From NCBI GenBank assembly GCA_033762295.1, contig JANRLW010000033.1, positions 1-25,394 of the forward strand: 25,394 bases of DNA, read 5' to 3'. This document shows, piece by piece, positions 7,976 through 16,111 of the stretch. This stretch comes from Capsulimonadales bacterium. Lineage in GTDB: Bacteria; Armatimonadota; Armatimonadia; Armatimonadales; Armatimonadaceae. The notes beneath the pieces are model-generated. The model made no database searches. It was not told where the DNA came from and saw nothing but the letters and a program-made list of their open reading frames with translations. Numbering within the stretch: position 1 is the stretch's first letter; the number at the start of each line of letters is the position of its first letter. Made by a program: the position numbers and the translations under genes.

Positions 7976-8416
7976 ATGGCGGACAACAAAAGTGACTTCC
8001 TGATTGGCCTGCTGGTCGGTGGCGCGCTGGGCGCGGCGATCGCCCTTCTGTACGCCCCGCAAAGCGGTGAGGAAACACGCGACACGCTCAAGAAAAAAAG
8101 TGACGAAATTAAAGACAAAGCAAGCGACACATATGATAAAGTGAAGGAACAGACGGCCAGCCTTGCGGCGCAGGTCAAGGATTCTTCCACCAGCCTGGCC
8201 GCGACGGTCAAGGAGTCGGCTGAAAAAGTCGCTACACGCGTCGGTGAAACGGTCGATAAAGTGAAGAGCGACGTTGAAGAGGGACTGGCGAACGTCAGAA
8301 CCACATCCTCCGTCGAGGCGAGCCATCTTGCGAAAAACGCCCGTACGGAAGTCGATCGGTTAAGTCAGGCCGTCAATAACGGCGGGGCCAACCCGGTCGG
8401 CGAAACCACTGCCTGA
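7976..8416 (+). CDS. YtxH-domain general stress protein
   Basis: FLIGLLVGGALGAAIALLYAPQSGEETRDTLK is the YtxH signature, followed by a LEA-like helical tail. Confidence 0.9.
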   Translation: MADNKSDFLIGLLVGGALGAAIALLYAPQSGEETRDTLKKKSDEIKDKASDTYDKVKEQTASLAAQVKDSSTSLAATVKESAEKVATRVGETVDKVKSDVEEGLANVRTTSSVEASHLAKNARTEVDRLSQAVNNGGANPVGETTA

Positions 8417-8493
8417 TCCCGGGCGATCGGCACTACAGCAGGGAAAGAAGAAGAATAACCATCGGAGACGAGAAAACCGGAAAGGACACAACC

Positions 8494-8826
8494 ATGGCGG
8501 AAAATCAGGAGAATCAGGCGAACGAGCGGGAGGGTGGCTTCGCGGCCAACCCGACGCTGGCTCGTGAAGCCGGTCGTAAAGGAGGCGAGATCGTCAAGCA
8601 ACGGTACGGTCAGGCCTTCTATCAGGAAATCGGACGCAAGGGCGGCGAAACGGTCAAGAAGTCTCGCGGTCCCGAGTTCTATGCGATGATCGGTCGCAAA
8701 GGCGGCGAGATGCGGGGAATCCGCGCGGCGGAAGCCCGCGCCAATCAGCCACCGCCCGAACCGAAGCCGGCTCGCAAGCGTGGTCGACCCCGGAAGAATC
8801 CCCTTCCCGAGACGACCAACGAATAG
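8494..8826 (+). CDS. KGG-repeat general stress protein (GsiB/YciG-like) with a C-terminal AT-hook motif
   Basis: GGFAAN..LAREAGRKGG, FYQEIGRKGG and FYAMIGRKGG repeats. Tail PKPARKRGRPRKNP. AAAGGA RBS. Confidence 0.88.
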   Translation: MAENQENQANEREGGFAANPTLAREAGRKGGEIVKQRYGQAFYQEIGRKGGETVKKSRGPEFYAMIGRKGGEMRGIRAAEARANQPPPEPKPARKRGRPRKNPLPETTNE

Positions 8827-8850
8827 TCGCGAATTACCAACCGAACATCG

Positions 8851-8909
8851 GCGAGGGGGCGGAACTTCCGTTCCGCCCCCTCGCTCTTGGCGGACGCTTC
8901 GCGTCCGCC
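8851..8909. terminator. Two hairpins between the convergent KGG gene and metK
   Basis: Perfect 15-bp stem 8851-8865/8870-8884 and a 9-bp stem 8889-8897/8901-8909. U-tracts are weak. Confidence 0.7.
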
Positions 8910-8915
8910 GTTCCG

Positions 8916-10052
8916 TTAACCGTTCAACTCCTTCGCGCGGTCCGTTCGCTCCCAGCCGAATGCCGGGTTGCCAAAGTGGCCGTTGCGGGCCGTCTCCCGA
9001 TAGATCGGACGACGCAGGTCCAGCAGGTCGATGATCCCCTTCGGCGTCAGATCGAACGTCCCCACCAATCGACGGGAGATTTCCGTATCGGAAACGGTCC
9101 CGGTGCCGAACGTGTCGACACGCACCGACACCGGCTGCGCCACACCGATCGCGTAGGCCAGCTGAATCTCACATTTCGGCGCAAGCCCTGCCGCCACCAC
9201 GTTCTTCGCCAGATACCGGGCGATGTACGCGGCTGACCGGTCGACCTTGGTCGGGTCCTTCCCGGAGAACGCTCCGCCGCCATGACGCGCATAGCCGCCA
9301 TAGGTATCGACGATGATCTTCCGTCCGGTCAGACCGGTGTCACCCTGAGGACCGCCGACCACGAAGCGACCGGTCGGGTTAATATACTGCTTGATCTCTC
9401 CCTTGACGAAGTCCGAGAACTCCGCGAGCGTCGGTTCGAAGATGCGCTCGTTCACGATGCGTTTGACGTCCTCCAGGGTGAGGTGTTCGCGGTGCTGGGT
9501 GGAGAGGACGAGCGTATCGATGTGGGACGGGGTGCCGTCGGCGTTGTAAGCGATCGTTACCTGCGATTTGGCGTCCGGTCCGAGTCCGATCGTCGGATCG
9601 GCGCGGCGAATCTCCGCCTGTCGTTTCGTCAGGCGGTGCGCGATCGCGATCGGCAGCGGCATGAGTTCCTCGGTTTCGGTGCAGGCGAAACCGAACATGA
9701 GTCCCTGGTCTCCCGCTCCGCCGGTATCGACTCCCATCGCGATGTCGGGGGACTGCTTCTGGATCGCGACGGTGACGCCGGTCGTGTTGCCGTCGAATCC
9801 GAGAGCGACATCGTTATAACCGACTTCGAGAACCGTTTCCCGCACGATATCGGCGATTTCGACATAGGTCTTGGTCGTCAGTTCCCCGGCAACCACGGCG
9901 AGACCGCGGGTCAGCAGGGTTTCGATCGCCACGCGGGAGAAGGGGTCGTCCTTCAGACAGGCGTCGAGAATGGCATCGGAGATCGCGTCGGCAAGTTTGT
10001 CCGGGTGGCCTTCGCCGACCGATTCGGACGTAAACAACTGGTAATCAGACAT
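8916..10052 (-). CDS. metK: S-adenosylmethionine synthetase
   Basis: [32 protein letters not shown] and [16 protein letters not shown] motifs. AAGGAG RBS. Confidence 0.98.
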   Translation of the reverse strand: MSDYQLFTSESVGEGHPDKLADAISDAILDACLKDDPFSRVAIETLLTRGLAVVAGELTTKTYVEIADIVRETVLEVGYNDVALGFDGNTTGVTVAIQKQSPDIAMGVDTGGAGDQGLMFGFACTETEELMPLPIAIAHRLTKRQAEIRRADPTIGLGPDAKSQVTIAYNADGTPSHIDTLVLSTQHREHLTLEDVKRIVNERIFEPTLAEFSDFVKGEIKQYINPTGRFVVGGPQGDTGLTGRKIIVDTYGGYARHGGGAFSGKDPTKVDRSAAYIARYLAKNVVAAGLAPKCEIQLAYAIGVAQPVSVRVDTFGTGTVSDTEISRRLVGTFDLTPKGIIDLLDLRRPIYRETARNGHFGNPAFGWERTDRAKELNG

Positions 10053-10240
10053 AGTGTCTGCTCCTTCAGGTAATCCGTATTACCGAGGAAAGCGGGACTG
10101 GCATTTCCCCCGAAGGTCTGCGTGTCTTCCGCGCGGCGCGGAAGGACGTTTCCGTTCGGGTTGTTCGGGTAAGAGGGTTTGCGAGGGCATCGGCTTCCTT
10201 CCGCAAATACGGGGAAGCCTCCATTGGCATCGCACGGTCT

Positions 10241-10354
10241 CTTATCTTTGGCAGGGGTTTCCACCCCGCCCGGAATTCGCACCTGCCCGTTCCGGAACGA
10301 AACGGGTGGTTGTGGTGGCATCATCGGGCCGTTCCCTCCGCCACTCTGGATAAG
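10241..10354 (-). ncRNA. SAM-I (S-box) riboswitch
   Basis: Minus strand reads CTTATCCAGAG.GG.GGAGGGA..GGCCCGATGA..CC...CAACC...GGTGC.AATTCC...AAAGATAAG. P1 is CTTATC/GATAAG. Located in the metK leader. Confidence 0.93.
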
Positions 10355-10374
10355 TCCGCTTTATCGGCTAACGG

Positions 10375-10404
10375 AATATAGCACGTTTCCCGGATCGGCG
10401 TCAA
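10375..10404 (-). promoter_or_regulatory. sigma70 promoter of the riboswitch-metK transcript
   Basis: TTGACG (10404-10399), 18-nt spacer, TGcTATATT (-10 at 10380-10375). Confidence 0.75.
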
Positions 10405-10416
10405 GTGCATCATTCC

Positions 10417-12324
10417 TCAGGCAGCGCCGACCGACTCGAGTTCCATCGTCGCGGCCTCCCACTCCTCCATCCGCGCCGCAATCTCCGCCTGCAACGCCGA
10501 GTACCGGTGGGACAGCGTGACGGCTTCGTCGGCCGAACCGGGCGCGGCCAATTTGCCCTCGATTTCGGCCAGTTCGGTTTCCAGGTCGGCGATCTTCCGT
10601 TCGATCACGTCCACCTGTTTCTGCAGTTTTTGCCGCTCCTTCGACAGGGCATGAGCGTTGCGTGTCTCGGCCGGTTTTGCGGCGGCCGTCGGCGGACTCT
10701 TCGTTCCCGGCCGGGTGGGTGTCGGAAGCGACGGAGCGACCGCCTCCCGGTACTTCCGGTAGTTGCCCTCGAAGAGTCGGACTCTGCCGTTTCCTTCGAA
10801 CGCCAGCGTCTTGTTGGTAACCTCATCGAGCAGCGCCCGGTCGTGTGAAACGAGCAGCAAGGTGCCGTCGTAGCTTTTGAGCGAATCGGTCAGCGCATCG
10901 CAGGAGTAGACGTCCAGATGGTTGGTCGGCTCGTCCAGGATCAGGAGATTGGCCGGAGACAGAACCATGAGCGACATGGCGAGCTTGGCGCGTTCCCCGC
11001 CGGAGAGTGCGCCGACCGGCTTGAAGACATCGTCCCCGGAAAAAAGGTACTTCGCCAGGTGGGCGCGGGCCTCCCCGATCGTCATTCCGGCGCGGTCGTA
11101 AAACGCGTCGAGAATCGTCTCCTCCGGTTCGAAATCATCGACCTCCTGTTTATGGAACGCCAGCGTCACACCGTGCCCACGGCGGATATAGCCGGAGTCC
11201 GGCGACTCCTCCCCGGCGACCATTTCGACGAAGGTCGATTTACCGACGCCGTTCGGTCCGACCACGCCGATCCGGTCGCCTCGTTCCAGGGAAAACGTCG
11301 CGTTTTCCAGCAGTACCTTGTCGCCGTACCGTTTCGACGCCCGTTCGACCACCACCACCTCGCGTCCGCTCCGCCCGGAGGTCTGCACCTTCAGTTTCAT
11401 CCCCTGCGGGTCCTGAGCGGCCGCCTCGATCCGTTCGACCTGCGCCAGTTGCTTCCGTCGTCCCTGGGCGTTCCGGGTATTCTGACCGGCGATATTGCGG
11501 CGAATGTACTCCTCGATCCGTGCAATCTCGGCGGCCTGCCGTTCATGCTCCTCCTGCTGCCGCGCCCGCGCCGCCGCCCGCTGTTCCTGGTAACCGTCGA
11601 ATCCTCCGCTGTAGGTCTTCAGGCCGTATCCTTCGACCTCCCAGACCGTGTCAACGACATTTTTCAGGAATCGTCGGTCGTGCGAGACGACCAGCACCGC
11701 ACCGGGAAACCGGGTCAGGAACGATTCGAGCCACTCGACCGCGCGGATATCCAGATGGTTGGTCGGTTCGTCCAGGGCGAGGACATCCGGCGCGGACGCC
11801 AGCAGCTTGGACATCGCCAGGCGCGTCTTCTCGCCCCCGGAAAGCACCCGGATCGGTTTGTCGAAGTCGGCTTCGGCGAACCCCATCGCCAGCAAGGCCG
11901 CGAGCAGGTTCTCCTCGGCCCGTTCCCCGCCCGAAAACTCGTATCGATCGCGCGCCGACGCATAGGCGTCCAGCGCGTCGGCGTCCTCCGGGTTCGCGGC
12001 CATCTGAATCTCGGCCGCCCGCAGTTCGTTTTCGGCATCGAACAGGGCATCCAGCGCCGTTCGCGCCTCCGCCAGCAGGGTCCGTCCCTCATCCGCGACC
12101 TGAACCTGGGCCAGGTATCCGATCCGCACCCCCCGCGACACTTTGACGGTTCCGCGATCGACCGGTTCGATCCCCAGAATCATCTTCAGCAGGGTGGTCT
12201 TCCCGCCGCCGTTCTTGCCGACGATGCCGATCTTTTCGCCGCGCGCCACCCGGAGATGAACGTCCTCGAGAACGGTTTGCGCACCGAACCCCTTATGCAG
12301 GCCGGAGATAGTGATAAGGCTCAT
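10417..12324 (-). CDS. ABC-F family ATPase (Uup/YdiF-like ribosome-associated factor)
   Basis: Two ABC domains (GKNGGGKT, LSGGE, LDEPTNHLD; GPNGVGKS, LSGGE, LDEPTNHLD), no TM segments, C-terminal coiled coil. Start ATG 12324 lies 7 nt after TGaTATAAC. Confidence 0.95.
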   Translation of the reverse strand: MSLITISGLHKGFGAQTVLEDVHLRVARGEKIGIVGKNGGGKTTLLKMILGIEPVDRGTVKVSRGVRIGYLAQVQVADEGRTLLAEARTALDALFDAENELRAAEIQMAANPEDADALDAYASARDRYEFSGGERAEENLLAALLAMGFAEADFDKPIRVLSGGEKTRLAMSKLLASAPDVLALDEPTNHLDIRAVEWLESFLTRFPGAVLVVSHDRRFLKNVVDTVWEVEGYGLKTYSGGFDGYQEQRAAARARQQEEHERQAAEIARIEEYIRRNIAGQNTRNAQGRRKQLAQVERIEAAAQDPQGMKLKVQTSGRSGREVVVVERASKRYGDKVLLENATFSLERGDRIGVVGPNGVGKSTFVEMVAGEESPDSGYIRRGHGVTLAFHKQEVDDFEPEETILDAFYDRAGMTIGEARAHLAKYLFSGDDVFKPVGALSGGERAKLAMSLMVLSPANLLILDEPTNHLDVYSCDALTDSLKSYDGTLLLVSHDRALLDEVTNKTLAFEGNGRVRLFEGNYRKYREAVAPSLPTPTRPGTKSPPTAAAKPAETRNAHALSKERQKLQKQVDVIERKIADLETELAEIEGKLAAPGSADEAVTLSHRYSALQAEIAARMEEWEAATMELESVGAA

Positions 12325-12332
12325 CGGTATCG

Positions 12333-12803
12333 TTATATCAGGCGGCGCGGCGTTTCGACCCGCTCCCGCGTTACCCGATGACGATGGGCGAACATCGCTT
12401 CGAGTTGCCGTCGGACGAACCATCGATCGGCGATTTTTCCGAGCGGTCCGAACGGCGGTTCATAGGTGATGATGTCCCGCAGGCGGGTTCTTTCCCCGGG
12501 CAACGGTTCGAACCGGTGCTCGTGCCGCCAGCGTTTGAAGGGACCGATTCCCTGCTCGTCGATGAAGAGATGCGGCGGTTCATAGACGGTGATATACGTC
12601 TCCCAGGGCAGCGGCAGATAGATCGGCGGCTGCGAGACGATCAGGGTGAAATGCACGCCTTCGGCCATCCGTTCGGGCGGGTCCATCACCCGGACACGGG
12701 TTCGCGGCGGCGTCACTTCGAGCAGCGTCTCGAGACGATCATAAAACGCCCAGACCCGTTCGACGGGGGCGTCCAGTTCGACGTGATATTCCAGTTTGGG
12801 CAT
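12333..12803 (-). CDS. SRPBCC (START/Bet v1-like) family protein
   Basis: LDAPVERVWAF, W...I..YEPP..FIDEQ..GPFKRWRHEHRF and FAHRH motifs. Confidence 0.9.
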   Translation of the reverse strand: MPKLEYHVELDAPVERVWAFYDRLETLLEVTPPRTRVRVMDPPERMAEGVHFTLIVSQPPIYLPLPWETYITVYEPPHLFIDEQGIGPFKRWRHEHRFEPLPGERTRLRDIITYEPPFGPLGKIADRWFVRRQLEAMFAHRHRVTRERVETPRRLI

Positions 12804-12815
12804 AACGATGCGGGA

Positions 12816-12841
12816 AACGTTCGTGCAGGCAGGAGCGTTCC
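12816..12841 (-). promoter_or_regulatory. Putative ECF-sigma promoter GGAAC-N17-CGTT
   Basis: GGAAC (12841-12837), N17, CGTT (12819-12816). It lies just downstream of a terminator and 12 nt before the SRPBCC ATG. Confidence 0.55.
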
Positions 12842-12847
12842 CGATAC

Positions 12848-12882
12848 GAACAAAAAAGAGGGCACCTCAACGTGCCCTCTTT
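12848..12882 (-). terminator. Intrinsic terminator of the G5/3D gene
   Basis: AAAGAGGGCAC / GTGCCCTCTTT stem ending in TTTTTTGTT on the minus strand. Confidence 0.88.
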
Positions 12883-12921
12883 GCCGCTCCGCGGCGATGG
12901 ATGGTCCGAACCGAAGATGGG

Positions 12922-13839
12922 TCAGTCCAGGATCATCACGCGAACTTTGCGCCGTCCGAACCGCCAGGCCTGACCATCCGAATTCATGCCGAGATCGATG
13001 CGGTCGCCCTTGATGGCGCTGCCGGTATCTCCGGCGATCGCGATCCCATACCCTTCGATATAGAGTTTGGTCCGGAGAGGAATAAAGCGCGGGTCGACCG
13101 CGACCACTCCGTGGCCGGGCCGCAGTCCGGTCGCGGTCCGCATTCCCCACGCGCCGTTGCCGCTCGGACCGTACGCCGAGGCCCGCATGGTAATCACCCG
13201 TCGTCCGCCCAGCGCATGCCGGGACGCGAGGGTCATTCCCCGGAGTCCCTGGACTTCGATCTGCGGAACCGGCGGAGTTACTTTTCGGTCCAGGCAGACT
13301 CGTTCGGTACGTTTGCCGTCCCGGAAACAGTCGCGATAGGTGACGACCTTTTCACCGGGCTGACCGATCTGTTTGACGATGCGATCGCCGACGCCGAGGT
13401 CGGTGGAATACCGTCGTCGAACGGGGAAGGGCAGGGGAATCCGTTCGGTCGTCTTCTCGATCCGAACTCGCGTAATGGCGATCGTCATACCGTCTTTTAC
13501 GGGCGACGACAGCGGCAACGAGCAGCGGTCATGCTGTGCCAGAGGAATGCGACGTTCCATCAGCACGTCCTCAATCGTGACCGCTCCGGTGAGAATATCG
13601 GTGGTCTGTCCGTCCGCCGTCAGAACCACCCGTCGCATCTTTTTTGTTTTTTCCTCCGCCCGGACCTCATTCGGAGTCGCCGCGACCTTCGCGGACACAA
13701 ACAGTCCCAGGGTGGCTCCGAGGAGCAGGGTCAGAACGCCGGAGCGTAAGAATTCCCGGGTGCGGTCGTGCAGGGGAAACTGCCGAACCCGGGTGCCGCC
13801 CTTCTGCAGGAAGGAGCGGCAATACACAAACAAGGGCAT
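12922..13839 (-). CDS. YabE/Sps-like cell-wall protein: TM/signal + DUF348 + G5 + 3D domain
   Basis: C-terminal M.ASAY..TATG..GVVAVDPRFIPL.TKLYIEGYG.AIAGDTGSAIKGDRIDL (3D domain), G5-like Q.GQPGEK..Y, and GAGGAGG RBS. Confidence 0.9.
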   Translation of the reverse strand: MPLFVYCRSFLQKGGTRVRQFPLHDRTREFLRSGVLTLLLGATLGLFVSAKVAATPNEVRAEEKTKKMRRVVLTADGQTTDILTGAVTIEDVLMERRIPLAQHDRCSLPLSSPVKDGMTIAITRVRIEKTTERIPLPFPVRRRYSTDLGVGDRIVKQIGQPGEKVVTYRDCFRDGKRTERVCLDRKVTPPVPQIEVQGLRGMTLASRHALGGRRVITMRASAYGPSGNGAWGMRTATGLRPGHGVVAVDPRFIPLRTKLYIEGYGIAIAGDTGSAIKGDRIDLGMNSDGQAWRFGRRKVRVMILD

Positions 13840-14043
13840 ATAGCCTCCTCTTTCGGTGGTTGAGACGGTTCCCCTGCGCCGTTGCCGGAACTGTCCCCCG
13901 TTGCTTCGGTAGCCGAAGCTCGTTTACCGTAGTCAGGAGCGAACGCTATTGTCCGCCACAGGCACGATTACCTGTCAAGAATGGTTTTACAGACCGGCGC
14001 AACGCTTCCTCGCATCGCGTTCCGGAAAACCGCAAACCGTGTG

Positions 14044-14073
14044 AGTGTACTGCCAAAAATATGCCAGTGTCAA
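14044..14073 (-). promoter_or_regulatory. sigma70 promoter for the G5/3D gene, implying a leader of about 200 nt
   Basis: TTGACA (14073-14068), 18-nt spacer, TACACT (14049-14044). Confidence 0.65.
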
Positions 14074-14268
14074 CCCTTAGGCGCATTAAACTTTCCGGTT
14101 TTCCCCGGCTTTTGCTATTTACCGTCATTAGAAGCGACTTCCTGACCGGAAAACAATCCTGATTCATGGCACGGCGGAAGTGATTTCCCGTATAATTCGG
14201 GTATGCCTGTATGTCGGTGGGGTTCCGCGCTTCCTCCCATCGAAAACAGGGGAAGGAATAACGAATTC

Positions 14269-15216
14269 GTGGCATTTGATCCGAAACGGCATGTTATCAA
14301 AGTGCAGGGCGGACGGGAATATCTCCCGGTCTCGGCGCGTCTCGTCTGGTTTCGCAGCGAACATCCCGACTGGGGCATTGTGACTCAGGCGGTCGAAATC
14401 AACCTTGAAAAACAGTACGCCATCTTCTCCTGTACCATCTTCAACGAGGAAGGTCGGGTGATGGCCACGGCGACAAAGATGGAGAACGTCAAAGGATTCG
14501 GCGATTATCTGGAAAAGGCCGAAACCGGCGCGGTGGGCCGGGCGCTGGCGATGTGCGGTTACGGTACCGCATTCGCCCCCGAACTGGAGGACGGCGCGCG
14601 GTTCACCGGGGCGTCCGCACGCTACCCCACCCGTCAGAATGCCGCGCCGCCGGTTCGCCCGGAGCCGCCCGCTCCCCGCCCGTCCGCATCGTCGCGCCCC
14701 GCTCCGGAACCGGAGGAAGAGTACTCCCCCCTTCCCGCACGGTCCCCCCAGCAGACTCCGGCCGCCCCGGCACGCCCCGTCGAACGCCCCGTCGAACGCC
14801 CGACGGAGCGGAGTTCCGACCGCCCGACCGCGAACGTGGCGATCACTCGTGTTCGGGAGCCGGAGCGAGACCTTCCCGACCCGGGGGGCGAGGACGAGGA
14901 CGAGGAGGACCCGTTCGGTGACGAGGAAACGCCGCTTCCGGCCCCCTCGACCCGTCGACCCGCCGTCTCGGAGGCCGCCGCCGCGCCCAACCGACCGGAG
15001 CCGCGCCCGGAAACACGCCCGGAACCCGCCGAGGGAGCGCCGGACAAAGAACGCAACTCTCTCCCCCGCTGCTCGGTCGAGGGCTGCTCGAATGTCCTCA
15101 CCTCGGGGCAGTTCACCATGTCGCAGCAGAAGTTCGGACGGCCGATCTGCCTGATGCATCAGCGGGACCCGGCGGTCGTCGGAGCGACGAACGGCGCACG
15201 GCGGAACCCGCTCTAG
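14269..15216 (+). CDS. Rad52/Sak-like single-strand annealing protein with a Pro-rich linker and a C-terminal Zn-finger
   Basis: N-terminal YLPVSARLVWFR.EHP and EKAETGAVGRALA..GYGT motifs. C-terminal C-x4-C...SQQKFGRPIC-x2-H. Start is GTG 14269 (RBS AGGGGAAGGA) or the in-frame leaderless ATG 14203. Confidence 0.6.
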   Translation: MAFDPKRHVIKVQGGREYLPVSARLVWFRSEHPDWGIVTQAVEINLEKQYAIFSCTIFNEEGRVMATATKMENVKGFGDYLEKAETGAVGRALAMCGYGTAFAPELEDGARFTGASARYPTRQNAAPPVRPEPPAPRPSASSRPAPEPEEEYSPLPARSPQQTPAAPARPVERPVERPTERSSDRPTANVAITRVREPERDLPDPGGEDEDEEDPFGDEETPLPAPSTRRPAVSEAAAAPNRPEPRPETRPEPAEGAPDKERNSLPRCSVEGCSNVLTSGQFTMSQQKFGRPICLMHQRDPAVVGATNGARRNPL

Positions 15217-15219
15217 CGC

Positions 15220-16107
15220 ATGGATCTGACCCGTCCCTCGGAACTGAAACCGTTCCTGGCCGCCCATGGACTGCACCTGTCGAAACGGTTCGGTCAGAAC
15301 TTTTTGATCGATCGGAACCATCTGATGCGAGTGGTGGAGACCGCCGACGTTCGTCCGGACGACCTGCTGTTCGAGATCGGTCCGGGCGTCGGAACGCTGA
15401 CGGTCGAGTTGGCGCAGCGGGCGGCGAAGGTTCTCTCGGTCGAACTCGATCGCGGCGTTCTACCGGCGTTGCGGGAAACGACCGCCCCCTACTCGAACGT
15501 GGAAATCGTTGAGGGCGACGCGCTGCGCCTCGATCTGCCGACGTTTCTCCCCGAGCGGTGGGGCGTCCCATCGGAGAACGCCCTCGGAAAGGTGGCCGCC
15601 AATATTCCGTACAACATCACGTCTCCGATCCTCGTTCTGCTGCTGGAAAACCGCCGGTTTTTTCGATCGGTGACCCTGATGGTACAGCGCGAGGTCGCGG
15701 ACCGCCTGCGGGCGAAGCCCGGTTCGGATGATTACGGAGCGTTGTCCGTGTTCGTCCAGTTCCATGCCGCCGTCTCGGTGGCCGGGATCGTGCCCCGGAG
15801 GGCGTTTTTCCCGCCTCCGAAGGTCGATTCGGCGGTAATCCATCTCGTCCCGTACGCTACGCCCCCTGTCGAGACGCCCGACCCCGATCTGTTTCTTCTG
15901 ATCTCCCGTGCCGCGTTCGGCCAGCGACGGAAGACTCTGCAGAACGCCCTAACCAACGCCGGAACGCTGCCTTTCGATCGGGAGCGAATTCTGGCCGCCC
16001 TGGCTGCCTCGGGAGTGGACGGTCAGCGTCGAGGCGAAACCCTCTCCCTGGAGGAGTTCGCCGCCATTTCACGCGTCCTTTATGCTCTGAAAACTGCGGT
16101 ACACTGA
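15220..16107 (+). CDS. rsmA: 16S rRNA m6,2A dimethyltransferase RsmA/KsgA
   Basis: KRFGQNFL, EIGPG.G.LT, ANIPYNIT, MVQREVA.R, F.PPPKVDSAV, FGQRRKTL.N and R.ETLS motifs. Confidence 0.97.
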   Translation: MDLTRPSELKPFLAAHGLHLSKRFGQNFLIDRNHLMRVVETADVRPDDLLFEIGPGVGTLTVELAQRAAKVLSVELDRGVLPALRETTAPYSNVEIVEGDALRLDLPTFLPERWGVPSENALGKVAANIPYNITSPILVLLLENRRFFRSVTLMVQREVADRLRAKPGSDDYGALSVFVQFHAAVSVAGIVPRRAFFPPPKVDSAVIHLVPYATPPVETPDPDLFLLISRAAFGQRRKTLQNALTNAGTLPFDRERILAALAASGVDGQRRGETLSLEEFAAISRVLYALKTAVH

Positions 16108-16111
16108 GGGC

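Noticed and set aside
10918..12381. Long antisense ORFs (e.g. 10918-12381, 2343-3521, 18882-20240, 21565-22965, 14164-15321)
   Set aside because: These are shadow frames of well-supported genes in high-GC DNA, with no motifs of their own.
13840..13940. Canonical c-di-AMP (ydaO) riboswitch
   Set aside because: Lacks the GGGGUGAAUC and CAGCUAAC elements. Kept only as an unassigned structured leader.
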